Virus record (IMG/VR): IMGVR_UViG_3300037851_001108
Span: 1-48,251 of that record
Direction: 5' to 3' (one strand)
DNA length: 48,251 nt
DNA from: a virus
Lineage: Duplodnaviria > Caudoviricetes
Shown: in pieces, positions 8,738 to 16,938 of the stretch
How positions within the stretch are numbered: the first letter of the stretch is position 1
How the letters are laid out: every line of letters begins with the position of its first letter
Notes under the pieces: generated by a model
What the model was told of the DNA's origin: nothing
The model's database searches: none
Seen by the model: only the letters and a program-made list of their open reading frames with translations
Program-made: the position numbers and the translations under genes

Positions 8738-9511
8738 TCAGTGGGAGAACGGTCGCGGCGGCGAGCACTGCTGCCCGTCCGGCCTGCAGGCGCGCAGGCG
8801 CCCCGTGCCGTGCGCTATCGCGAAGAAACCGGCATACGGCCCGTGTTCGTCGCGCTGCTGGCCGCACTCGGCCGGCTGGCCTTCGAAGGCTGGCGTCTTC
8901 GGGTCGTCCCTGAACTCCACGTTCCCGAAGTGGTCACACGAGCACTCCTCGTTCTGGTTGTCATGGCAGCGGTGCCAAGACGGGTTGGCGTCGGTCTGAT
9001 ACTCGAAGACCGGACATCCCGAGATCAGCTCCATCTCGCATTGAGCACGGAGCGGCCAGCCCTCGAGGTGGCAGTCGTTTGTCTGCACCCCGTGGATGGC
9101 GAAGCAGAACGGCGCGTCACCGTAGACGCGCACGGTGGCGTCGAAGCCCTGGCCGTAGGGGGCGAGGCGCATGTAGGCGTACGCGCCGTCGGCGAGCTTC
9201 TTCGGGCACGCGGTCTGTCCTGGCGGCTGGGTCGGCGTCGGGGCTGGGGTGGGAGTGGGGGCTGGCGTCGGCGTCGGGGTCTGGCAAGGAGGAAGCTGCT
9301 GCCAGTCCTCGCCCGGGGGCTGGTGCCAGCACCCGCACGTCTGGTTCGGTTCGCAGACGGGCGACGGTGGGGTCGGGGTCGGTTCCGGCGTGGGGATAGG
9401 CGTGGGCGACGGAGAGGGCGAGGGCTGCGGCCAGGGGATGGGCGGGATCGAGCAGCGGTCGGCACCCATGAGGAGCGGCCCCGCCAAGGCGAGCAGCGCG
9501 AGGCGGCGCAT
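8738..9511 (-). CDS. Secreted or lipid-anchored Cys-rich protein with two Pro/Thr linkers
   Basis: Signal MRRLALLALAGPLLMGADRC, PS/PT repeat linkers, many Cys in the C-terminal domain, TGATG overlap. Confidence 0.8.
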   Translation of the reverse strand: MRRLALLALAGPLLMGADRCSIPPIPWPQPSPSPSPTPIPTPEPTPTPPSPVCEPNQTCGCWHQPPGEDWQQLPPCQTPTPTPAPTPTPAPTPTQPPGQTACPKKLADGAYAYMRLAPYGQGFDATVRVYGDAPFCFAIHGVQTNDCHLEGWPLRAQCEMELISGCPVFEYQTDANPSWHRCHDNQNEECSCDHFGNVEFRDDPKTPAFEGQPAECGQQRDEHGPYAGFFAIAHGTGRLRACRPDGQQCSPPRPFSH

Positions 9512-9987
9512 CACGAGAAGAACGCGTGCGCGAGCACGCCCCAGACGATCGCCGTGAGGAAGCACGCCCAGACGAGCGTCCCGAGGAAGACCCCCCCGGG
9601 GGATCGTTTGAACGCCGCCCGCAGTGTCGCGGTCACGTGGTTGCCGGGCGTGTCGTCGGCCAAGGTGCGCCACTCGACGACCCCCAACATCGTCAAGCCG
9701 AAGATCGGCAGACCGAAGACCACGAACAGGATGAGACCGAGCGTGGAGACCGATAGCGGACACGGTGCCTCGACCGGGTCAGGCAGCCCGTCCAGCCGCC
9801 GCGGCGGCGCCGGCGCGCGGCGGTCCACACCGGCCAGGTAGAGAGGCAGAGGCGCGGGCGTGGTGGTGTGCCCCTGCGACGGCAGCGTCACCGGCCCCAC
9901 TCCGGGCAGGTTGACGACCTTGCCCTTGAGGAAGGCGGTGTAGATGGCCTTCAGGACGGCGAAAACGGACGACCACGGGACCTTCAT
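9511..9987 (-). CDS. Membrane protein (holin/antiholin-like)
   Basis: Two hydrophobic segments in the C-terminal half. Lies in the lysis cassette. Confidence 0.6.
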   Translation of the reverse strand: MKVPWSSVFAVLKAIYTAFLKGKVVNLPGVGPVTLPSQGHTTTPAPLPLYLAGVDRRAPAPPRRLDGLPDPVEAPCPLSVSTLGLILFVVFGLPIFGLTMLGVVEWRTLADDTPGNHVTATLRAAFKRSPGGVFLGTLVWACFLTAIVWGVLAHAFFS

Positions 9988-9990
9988 GGC

Positions 9991-10344
9991 TCAGTGGACC
10001 TCCAGACCTGCCGGCCCTGCTGGCCCGGCCAGGTGAGAGACGATCCCGGCGGCCAGGCGCGCAGCTCCGGGTCGTGCGATGCCCCGTTGGGCCGCCGAGC
10101 GGTGCGCGGCTGGGTCTGCGCGATCCGCCAACACCGCCGTCAGGCGGCGCAACCCCGGCCAGCACAGCACGACCCCGAGCGACGCGACGAGGAGGCCGAC
10201 GGCAAGGACGACGAGACCCCCTGGGACCACGATCAAGAACAGCCAGAACGACAGGCCCCCGGGAGCCCTCGTGCCGGTGGCGGGGCGCGAGGAACTCCCG
10301 GGGGCCACACCGCCCGGGGAAGCGGGCTGGATTTGGCGGGTCAC
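9991..10344 (-). CDS. Membrane protein adjacent to the endolysin
   Basis: Long hydrophobic stretch FWLFLIVVPGGLVVLAVGLLVASLGVVLCW. GTGA overlap with the endolysin stop. Confidence 0.55.
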   Translation of the reverse strand: MTRQIQPASPGGVAPGSSSRPATGTRAPGGLSFWLFLIVVPGGLVVLAVGLLVASLGVVLCWPGLRRLTAVLADRADPAAHRSAAQRGIARPGAARLAAGIVSHLAGPAGPAGLEVH

Positions 10345-10904
10345 GCGACGAGGCCCCCGCCACGCGGCGCGTCGGGCGGCCCGTAGAGACGGCGGACGCC
10401 CAGGACGCGCGACGCGGGGAACGGCGCGACGCTCACGGCGTCACCCTGGTTGCCGCCGAGGATCATCACCGTCGCGTCGACCGGAAGGACGCCGGTGGAG
10501 GTCGATGCGTGGAGGATCTGCGCGGGGGCCGAGGAGAGGTCGAGCCCAGCGAAGAAGCCGACGTGGCCCGGGGCGTCGAGGACCTCGGGTCCGGGCTGCG
10601 GGCCTTCGCCGCGCGACAGGATCACCACGTCCCACGCGGGGGACGCGGCGCCAAGCGGGATCGGCGTCCCCACGGAGAGCCAGGAGCGGGCGGCGAGGCT
10701 CTTGCTCCGTGGCAGCCGCAGCAGCCAGGCGACGTAGTTGACCAGCGCTGAGCACCAGGGGATGTGGTCGCCCTCGACCCAGTCGTCGTCGAGGCGCAGC
10801 ATCGCCAGGACGTGGGCGTTGCTGAGTGGGCCCCCGACCTCGCGGACCCCGACGAACCGCTGCGCCAGGTCGAACGCCGTGATCTGCAACCCGGACCCCT
10901 CCAC
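10341..10904 (-). CDS. Endolysin, TIGR02594/CHAP-like cysteine peptidase
   Basis: GVREVGG..SN, IPWCSALVN (catalytic Cys), LAARSWL, GHVGFF (His), ILGGNQGDAVS. Confidence 0.88.
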   Translation of the reverse strand: MEGSGLQITAFDLAQRFVGVREVGGPLSNAHVLAMLRLDDDWVEGDHIPWCSALVNYVAWLLRLPRSKSLAARSWLSVGTPIPLGAASPAWDVVILSRGEGPQPGPEVLDAPGHVGFFAGLDLSSAPAQILHASTSTGVLPVDATVMILGGNQGDAVSVAPFPASRVLGVRRLYGPPDAPRGGGLVA

Positions 10905-11014
10905 GCCGTTGGAGTTGTCCGGGCGCTTGCCGCAGTCGCTACCCGGCTGGCACCCTTCCCGCCGCGAGGGCGGGCGCAGGATGTACTACGCCGTCTACGA
11001 GTATCGTACTTGTG

Positions 11015-11197
11015 TCAAGGGTCTGTCGTTTGCGCGAGGAGTTCGATGGCGCTGAGGCCTTCGAGGCGTACGGTCTCCAGGCGCTCCGTTCCGGCCCGGT
11101 CGCGGCTCAGGCGCAGGACCACGCTCGCGGGGCCACGGGCTCGGCGCAGGAGGGCGAGGGCTGCCTCCAGCTCGCGCTCCACGGCCCCGCTCACCAC
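11015..11197 (-). CDS. Small hypothetical protein (end of early operon)
   Basis: Overlaps the upstream stop. Its TGA lies within a TTGACA hexamer pointing toward the lysis genes. Confidence 0.5.
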   Translation of the reverse strand: MVSGAVERELEAALALLRRARGPASVVLRLSRDRAGTERLETVRLEGLSAIELLAQTTDP

Positions 11198-11376
11198 CTC
11201 GAGGGCCTCCCGGCCGCCGCCTTCGTGGCCTTACACTTCGCCTTGCCGCTCCCCTTCAGCGCGAGGGGAGGAATGCCGTGGCGGCACGTCGGACACAGGG
11301 TCGGCACCATCTGGCCCTTGCGTATCAATGGGACGAAGCCGCGGCCGCACTCGGGCCTGGCGCAGAAGAGGATCAT
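11191..11376 (-). CDS. Small zinc-finger protein
   Basis: MILFCARPECGRGF...LCPTCR (Cx4C...Cx2C), basic tail, ATGA coupling. Confidence 0.65.
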   Translation of the reverse strand: MILFCARPECGRGFVPLIRKGQMVPTLCPTCRHGIPPLALKGSGKAKCKATKAAAGRPSRW

Positions 11377-12149
11377 CGCCCCCCCACGCCGAAGACGTGC
11401 GGGCCCGAGGCCTGCGCTCGCGCGGCCTGGAGGACGGCCAGCGCTTGGGGAGACAGTGGGATCACCCGCTCCCGGCCCCCCTTGTTGCGCTCGGCCGGGA
11501 GCGTCCACGTCTTCGCCTCGACGTTCACCTCGGCCCAAGGGAGGGCCGTCGCTTCCCTGACGCGGCAGGCGGTCAGGAGCATGAAGCGGAGCGCCAGGCC
11601 GTCTGGCCCATCGCTGGCCCTCCACAGGCGCCAGAGCTCGGCCGGCGAGAGGGCCCGATCCCGCTCCCGCGCCGCGACGCCGATGTCCCGCGGCAGCTCG
11701 CGCAGGGGCGAGACGGCGGGGAGCCTGACTCCGAGGCGCCGCGGCCTCGCCTCCAGCCAGCGCCACACGGCGGACAGGAGCTCGCGGACGCGCGGGCCCA
11801 TGCTCGGGCCGCCGTTCGCGACGGCGCCCTCGAGGACCTTGATGAACGCGTCCGCGTCGATGTCCTCGGGGGGCACCTTGCCGACGATCGGGATGACGTG
11901 GTGCTTGAGCATCGAGTCCCACGTCGCGAGCGTCCGGGGGCTCGCGGGACGCTTGTACCGGCCGGAAGGGGTCGTGCGGCGCCACTCGACGTAGGCGTCG
12001 CACACGTCGCCGAACGTGACGGCGCGGCGGGCCCTGGCGGCGGCGAGATCACGCCGCTCGAGGGCCCGCCTGGCCCGCTCCTCGAGCTCGCGGGCCCGGA
12101 CGGCCTGGCGCTCGAGGTAGGGGTCGCGGCCTTCGGCCACGGCGGTCAT
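11373..12149 (-). CDS. Truncated tyrosine recombinase (P4-type integrase core-binding domain plus N-half of the catalytic domain)
   Basis: GRDP, TFGDVCDAY, RERDRALSPAEL, LLTACRVRE, WTLPAERNKGGRERVIPLS. Stops at HVFGVGGR before HxxR, H/W and the catalytic Tyr. Confidence 0.85.
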   Translation of the reverse strand: MTAVAEGRDPYLERQAVRARELEERARRALERRDLAAARARRAVTFGDVCDAYVEWRRTTPSGRYKRPASPRTLATWDSMLKHHVIPIVGKVPPEDIDADAFIKVLEGAVANGGPSMGPRVRELLSAVWRWLEARPRRLGVRLPAVSPLRELPRDIGVAARERDRALSPAELWRLWRASDGPDGLALRFMLLTACRVREATALPWAEVNVEAKTWTLPAERNKGGRERVIPLSPQALAVLQAARAQASGPHVFGVGGR

Positions 12150-12334
12150 GGCGGCGTGCGCGAGGCGCCGGGCCTCATCAAGCGAGCGTAGGCCTCCTCG
12201 ATCCGGCCCAGCTCGGCCAGGAGGCGGCCGGCCTCGAGCTTCACCATCGGCCACTCGTCCAGCGGGAAGCTCACGCACCTGTGGGACAGCGCCGCCAGGT
12301 TGGGGTAGCGTTCTGCTACGGTTGGCGCTGCCAC
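12146..12334 (-). CDS. Hypothetical protein
   Basis: Short ORF in the operon with ATGA overlap to the truncated recombinase. Confidence 0.5.
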   Translation of the reverse strand: MAAPTVAERYPNLAALSHRCVSFPLDEWPMVKLEAGRLLAELGRIEEAYARLMRPGASRTPP

Positions 12335-12744
12335 TGGAGTCTCTGCAGCAGGTCGGAGATCAGCCGCACGCCCGCGCCCGTGCGGACTTGTGTGGGCGAG
12401 AGCCGCAAGACCGTGAAACCCATGCGCTGAGCTTCGCCGTACTTCTCGGCGTCCGCCTCGAATCCAGCCAGACGCTGGTGCCGCCCTCCTGCGGGTGAGA
12501 GGCCCTCAACCTCGACGAGCAGCCAGAACTCCGGCCAGGCGAAGTCCACACGCCAGCGCCGGGTGGGATGAAAAGCGAACTCCCGGTCTGGAAGGGGGAG
12601 CTGCATCGCGCGGATCTGCTGGGCGAGGCGGTCCTCAAGGGCACGGCGCCGCGCGGCGGCCTCCTGGCGCGCCCAAAGTTCCGCTGGGGAGGACGGGCGA
12701 CACACCCGGCGCGAGATGCGTGGGACGTTGAGCCTGGGCGTCAC
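12316..12744 (-). CDS. PD-(D/E)xK endonuclease, DUF559/Vsr-like (possible resolvase)
   Basis: REFAFHPTRRWRVDFAWP...VEVEG...GRH...GFEADAEKY...GFTVLR. Confidence 0.85.
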   Translation of the reverse strand: MTPRLNVPRISRRVCRPSSPAELWARQEAAARRRALEDRLAQQIRAMQLPLPDREFAFHPTRRWRVDFAWPEFWLLVEVEGLSPAGGRHQRLAGFEADAEKYGEAQRMGFTVLRLSPTQVRTGAGVRLISDLLQRLQWQRQP

Positions 12745-13106
12745 GAGACGCGCCCCTTCGCGACCAGACGCTCGATGTTCTCGACGCGTCGGCGGGCGAG
12801 CTCGGCGACGGGCCGGGTGTGGTAGCACTCGACGCACAGCGCCAGCTCGTACTGCGGCGGTACTGCGCTTGCGGCCTCGCGGGGCAGGACTGGAGCGTCC
12901 ATGTAGACCGTGATCGCATCGCGCCCGAGACGACCCGCCTCCACCCGGTCGAGGGGCACCATGTGCCGGATGGCTGCGGCCACGATCTGGAGCGCGGCTG
13001 GACTCACCAGTGCCCCACTGGTGCGGACGAGCTGAAACCACCGTCCGGGGGGTGTGAACAGCGGGCCCCCGCAGCCGTCGCATGGCCGCAGGTCGCACAG
13101 TCTCAC
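12741..13106 (-). CDS. Zinc-binding hypothetical protein
   Basis: CDGCG and LCVEC pairs, GTGA coupling. Confidence 0.7.
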   Translation of the reverse strand: MRLCDLRPCDGCGGPLFTPPGRWFQLVRTSGALVSPAALQIVAAAIRHMVPLDRVEAGRLGRDAITVYMDAPVLPREAASAVPPQYELALCVECYHTRPVAELARRRVENIERLVAKGRVS

Positions 13107-14104
13107 CGTACACCTCCTCCCCTTCCCTGCGCCGCGGCCACGGCGGGGGGGGCGACAAGTTGCAGCGCCTGCGCGAGCTCGGGGTCATCCTCCTCGCCTG
13201 CGGTGGTCTGCCCTGAGGCCGGAACCTCCGGCTCGGCCTCGTCCTCCGCCGCCTCGAGGGCGGCTAGCTGCGCCTCGTAGCCGGCCCTGATCCGGGCCTC
13301 GGACTCCCCGCCCAGGAGCCGCTCACGCAGGCGGCGCCGGGCCGCGCGGTCGAAGCGGTAGCCGAGGGTCTCCGAGGCGAACGCCACGAGCCTGTCGACG
13401 GCCTCCCGGGCATCGCCCGCGACCTGGCCAGCCTCGCCCTCCGGCCGACGGCGTACGACCAGCGGGCGGCCCGCCTGGTCGACGTCGAGCACCTCCCGGC
13501 CGTCTGGCAGACGGCCCCCGGGGGCGTAGGCCCTCCCCGCCGGTACCTCTCGGTCGGCGGTCCCCACCCGCGGAGCGGGGGGGGCCAGGGGGGGGTCCGT
13601 TGTCCGTGGAGTAGGCGCTGGCTCTGGAGTAGGCACTGGCGACGGCACTGGAAGGGAAGGCAGGTTTTCATCACCACATGCCGCGTCGTCGTCTGTCTGC
13701 GTCACAGCATGATCGGTCGCCGTCACGTCATCTTCGGTCGGCGTCGTAGCATGACCGAACGGCGGCATCCCATCCCAGAAGACCGTCCGGGCACGCTTCA
13801 GCCTGTGCCGGAGAGCGGAGTCGGCGTGCTCCGACCACCCGTGCACGACCAGTCGGTGGACCGGGTGCGTCTCGAGGACCCCCGAGGACACGAGCGCCGC
13901 GACAAGTCCCTCTGCGTCGCCGTCCCAGTAGAGCTCGTCGGCCAGGTCCTGGTCAGGAAGGCGACCGATGTCGCCCGCGGGGGCGTGGGCAGCCGTCACG
14001 TGCCAGACGGCCTCCATCACCCCCAGGGCGCAGGGGAGGGGCACCCGCAGGAGCGCCGCGAGCCTGCGGGTGCGCCGGTGGGTCAGGGTGCCACGCTTCG
14101 CCAC
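13103..14104 (-). CDS. Putative replication initiator (replisome organizer)
   Basis: N-terminal HRRTRRLA...ALGVMEAVW...GDIG...LVAALV...L...VHGWSEH is typical of phage initiators. Central low-complexity linker with DNA repeats. Confidence 0.7.
   Translation of the reverse strand: MAKRGTLTHRRTRRLAALLRVPLPCALGVMEAVWHVTAAHAPAGDIGRLPDQDLADELYWDGDAEGLVAALVSSGVLETHPVHRLVVHGWSEHADSALRHRLKRARTVFWDGMPPFGHATTPTEDDVTATDHAVTQTDDDAACGDENLPSLPVPSPVPTPEPAPTPRTTDPPLAPPAPRVGTADREVPAGRAYAPGGRLPDGREVLDVDQAGRPLVVRRRPEGEAGQVAGDAREAVDRLVAFASETLGYRFDRAARRRLRERLLGGESEARIRAGYEAQLAALEAAEDEAEPEVPASGQTTAGEEDDPELAQALQLVAPPAVAAAQGRGGGVR
13669..13755 (-). other. Candidate replication origin (degenerate iterons inside the initiator gene)
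   Basis: Minus strand carries CATGCTACGACG, GATGACGTGACG, CATGCTGTGACG and CATGTGGTGATG in the initiator linker, followed by GAAAACC. Confidence 0.4.
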
Positions 14105-14113
14105 GCCGACCCC

Positions 14114-14863
14114 CTACGCGACGACCACGGGGGCCGGGCCACGGAAAGCGGCGCGCAGCCAGGCCGCCACCGCCTCGATCGCGGCGAGCCGCCACGCGCC
14201 GCCGTCGGCCTCGGCCAGCAGGAGCTCGGGCTTCTGGTCCTCGGTCGCGCGCAGGCGCAGGACGAAGTCGCTCGCGGGCTGCTCCACCTCTCGGAAGGTC
14301 CGGTAGGGCCTCAACGTGACCCTCGGCGTCACCACCACGTTCGTCACCAGCGCGACCCCCTTGGTGGCCTTCACCTCCTGCGAGAACCCGTTGTCGGTCG
14401 TCTCCCGCACGTCTCCCCCGCGGATCTTGCTGACGAGCGTGAGCAGCTCGTCACGCTCCGGGGTGGGGACGAACAGCGACTGGACGGAGAGGACGAACAG
14501 CTCGGCCGGATGCCACACGCCGAACTGGAAGACCTGCGTTCCCTCCGGGATGCTCACCTGGGCGAAGCACTCGCGCGCGCCCATCATCTCCTTCCTGGCT
14601 GGCCCTCGGACCTCCACATGCACCGGAGACACGACGTGCGTCATGAACTCGGCGGTGCACACGGGGTCGATCCCCGCGGCGAAGTAGTCGACGAGGCCCT
14701 GCAGCGTGTGGAGCTGGAGGGCTTTCGGCCCGGGCTCGGCCAGGAGCTCCCAGGCGCCCGACGCCGGCCTGAACACGAGCTCGCGACCGTCCGCGAGACG
14801 CATGGTCCTGGGCTCCGGCTGCAGGCGGCCGGCCAGCTCCTTTACGAAGGTCCCGTCCATCAC
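14114..14863 (-). CDS. Conserved phage protein (YfdQ/DUF2303-like, tentative)
   Basis: LHTLQGLVDY, HVVSPVHV, DNGFSQEV, VTLRPYRTFREVEQPASDFVLRL, EADGGAWRLAA. Confidence 0.7.
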   Translation of the reverse strand: MMDGTFVKELAGRLQPEPRTMRLADGRELVFRPASGAWELLAEPGPKALQLHTLQGLVDYFAAGIDPVCTAEFMTHVVSPVHVEVRGPARKEMMGARECFAQVSIPEGTQVFQFGVWHPAELFVLSVQSLFVPTPERDELLTLVSKIRGGDVRETTDNGFSQEVKATKGVALVTNVVVTPRVTLRPYRTFREVEQPASDFVLRLRATEDQKPELLLAEADGGAWRLAAIEAVAAWLRAAFRGPAPVVVA

Positions 14864-15228
14864 TCACCACCCTTTCTGCCCGCCATGACCCTCAACTCGC
14901 CCCCAGGCGCCGGGAAGAGGTCCTGCTGCCGCGGCTGCTCCACGGCCACGAGCTGGCCCTGCTGCCGCCCGATGTAGACCAGCGTCTTCACGCCCTTCAC
15001 TCCCGCCAGCTTCGTGGTGCAGCGCACCTCGACGTCCCCCATGCGGCGCTCTTCGTCGGCCACGGCGAAGAGGAAGTCGAGGCGGATGTGGCGCTTCGAC
15101 TTCACGTCCGTGTTCGGGTCCTCGATGTTCCGCAGCACGCCGTCGAGGGCGTTCTGCCAGAGCTCCAGGGCCGCGCCGTCGGCGATCCCCGCGAGCGTGA
15201 TGACCTTCGGGTCGTCCATCGTCCTCAC
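14860..15228 (-). CDS. Conserved phage protein (often labelled replication terminator; YfdP-like partner)
   Basis: IADGAALE...VLRNIEDPNTD...RHIRL...TKLA. Habitual upstream partner of the 14114-14863 family. Confidence 0.7.
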   Translation of the reverse strand: MRTMDDPKVITLAGIADGAALELWQNALDGVLRNIEDPNTDVKSKRHIRLDFLFAVADEERRMGDVEVRCTTKLAGVKGVKTLVYIGRQQGQLVAVEQPRQQDLFPAPGGELRVMAGRKGGE

Positions 15229-15569
15229 CTCCTCCCAGCGGAAGCGGGGCGGGCGTCTAGGAGGCGGCGCCCGCCCCGGCCGTCGTCAGCACGTGTCACT
15301 GGTTGGCCGTCTGCGCTAGACACTCCGCATTGGTTCCCCACCGGCCCTATGCCGGCGAGACCGACCCCCGCGGGCCGGGAGAGGGGAGCGCCGGGCGCGC
15401 GGCCTGACGCAGCGCGTTTCCCGCCCGGCCCGGACGGGGCGAGGTTCGCGGATCGTCCCCTCTCTCGGCCCATGACGATCCGGCGCGCGGTGACGAGTAC
15501 GTGCGCCACGTCAAGGAGCGCGATGAACAACAGCAGCGCAAGGAGCGAGAGCACCACCTGCGTGGTCAC
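15225..15569 (-). CDS. Hypothetical membrane-anchored protein
   Basis: N-terminal TM VVLSLLALLLFIALL, GGGGAG RBS, GTGA coupling. Confidence 0.55.
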   Translation of the reverse strand: MTTQVVLSLLALLLFIALLDVAHVLVTARRIVMGRERGRSANLAPSGPGGKRAASGRAPGAPLSRPAGVGLAGIGPVGNQCGVSSADGQPVTRADDGRGGRRLLDARPASAGRR

Positions 15570-15742
15570 TGCTCCCCCTGCTCGCGCTCGAGCGCTTCCA
15601 CGGCCTGGGCGATGACCGGCATGAGCGCCTGCACTGCGTGCTCGGGTGCCCGGATGACGACAAGGCCGCCACCCTCGACCTCGAGTAGGGCGTTGACCCA
15701 GGGGGCGGCGGAAGCTGAGACGTGCCATCGGCCGTCCTTCAT
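15566..15742 (-). CDS. Hypothetical protein
   Basis: ATGA/GTGA coupled, AGGA RBS. Confidence 0.55.
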   Translation of the reverse strand: MKDGRWHVSASAAPWVNALLEVEGGGLVVIRAPEHAVQALMPVIAQAVEALEREQGEQ

Positions 15743-15996
15743 CGGGCGGGTCCTACGACGGCCTGAACAGTGCCCGCCGCGCATTCGGCTTCCGCTGCGA
15801 TCCGCGCCTCGTGCTTGGCGAGTTGCTGATGGAGATAGGCCAGACGGTCCCGCCTCCGGTCGCCGGCGTTGAGCACGTTCACCGCGATGTGGTGGCCCGG
15901 TAGTGGGAGGCGGTAGTAGCCCAGCATCTCGGGCTCGAATCCGGACCGCGCGCAGGCGGTGTGGAAGTCCCGAGCCGAAAGGTCGCGGGCCCTCAT
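15739..15996 (-). CDS. Hypothetical protein
   Basis: GAGGAGG RBS, ATGA coupling. Confidence 0.6.
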   Translation of the reverse strand: MRARDLSARDFHTACARSGFEPEMLGYYRLPLPGHHIAVNVLNAGDRRRDRLAYLHQQLAKHEARIAAEAECAAGTVQAVVGPAR

Positions 15997-16199
15997 CTTC
16001 CCCTCCTCGCGAGCCACGTCAGGGCCGCGGTGAGTGCGGCGACGGCCAGGAGGGCGAGCGTGTGCAGAGGGCCGCGGGCGGCGCGGCGCCGGCGCCCGGC
16101 CCAGGCCGCGATGCGCAGCGCCGTCTCTCGCCGGATGTCCCCGACGATCCGCGCCGCCTCCACTTCGCGGTCGAGCTCCGACAGGTCGCAGCTCATCAC
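15993..16199 (-). CDS. Small C-terminally membrane-anchored protein
   Basis: TM LALLAVAALTAALTWL, coupled stops and starts. Confidence 0.55.
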   Translation of the reverse strand: MMSCDLSELDREVEAARIVGDIRRETALRIAAWAGRRRRAARGPLHTLALLAVAALTAALTWLARRGR

Positions 16200-16561
16200 A
16201 GCACCACGCGAATGGCCCGCCCCCCGGCCTGGGGCGGGGTTGTTGTGGCGTCACGGCGCGTCGGAGGGCTCGCCGGGGTCTCGCCCCGTGGGATCGCGCG
16301 CGTGGGCCGGCGCCAACGTTCCACGTCCGGCGTCGGCGGCATCGTCAGCTCGACCCGGACCAGAGCAGCGAAGATGAGCGCCGTGCCGCCGAACAGCAGC
16401 GCGACGGCGCCCAGCCGCAGAAGCGCCGGCGTGTGGAGCTGCAGCACCCAGCGCACCGCAGCCACGATCGCGAGCCAGACCAAGCCGCTCGCCAGTCCCG
16501 CCACGACGGCGCCGAGCAGCGTCCCGGCGAGCGCGTCGTCTTCCTCGGTGCTGTTCCTCAT
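16196..16561 (-). CDS. Two-TM membrane protein
   Basis: AGGAGG RBS, two hydrophobic segments, ATGA coupling. Confidence 0.6.
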   Translation of the reverse strand: MRNSTEEDDALAGTLLGAVVAGLASGLVWLAIVAAVRWVLQLHTPALLRLGAVALLFGGTALIFAALVRVELTMPPTPDVERWRRPTRAIPRGETPASPPTRRDATTTPPQAGGRAIRVVL

Positions 16562-16938
16562 CGCCCGCCTCCTGGGCGCCAACCCTCAGGCGGCGGCTCC
16601 ACGAGCACGTACATGTCCTCGCCGTCCGGGTACGGCTCCGTCCGCTCGTTGATCCCCCATCGCGGCGCCTTCTCCGGCCCCACGATGTAGTGGCCTCCGG
16701 CCCGGAGTTCACCAATCCGCGCGCTGAACCGGTCCCCGCCGACCTTCATCACCTCGGAGCGCCTGGCCCCGCCATGGCGCAGCAGCGCGAGGATCGCCGC
16801 GGCCTTCGTCTCCCGAGCCCGGAGGCGCTTGGCGAGAGCGCTGGCGGTCGGTGTAAAGCCACCTCCCGACCAGTCGAGTGGCTGCTGCGCGGCGCCGAGC
16901 GTCGCGTGGGCCCGCGGCTGCCGAAGGTCCTCGATCAC
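16558..16938 (-). CDS. Winged-HTH DNA-binding protein
   Basis: AILALLRHG...RFSARIGELRAGGHYI...YVL pattern of small phage wHTH proteins. Confidence 0.65.
   Translation of the reverse strand: MIEDLRQPRAHATLGAAQQPLDWSGGGFTPTASALAKRLRARETKAAAILALLRHGGARRSEVMKVGGDRFSARIGELRAGGHYIVGPEKAPRWGINERTEPYPDGEDMYVLVEPPPEGWRPGGGR

Noticed and set aside
9225-9425. DNA-level tandem repeats in 8738-9511
   Set aside because: Explained by Pro-Thr/Pro-Ser linker codons with varying third positions.
10990-11018. Canonical late promoter ahead of the endolysin
   Set aside because: TTGACA is present on the minus strand, but there is no good -10 at 16-18 nt spacing (TAGACG at 15). Too weak to call.
11373-12278. Independent mobile element or satellite inserted in the early region
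   Set aside because: No flanking att or repeat sequences or cargo, and the recombinase lacks its catalytic C-terminus.
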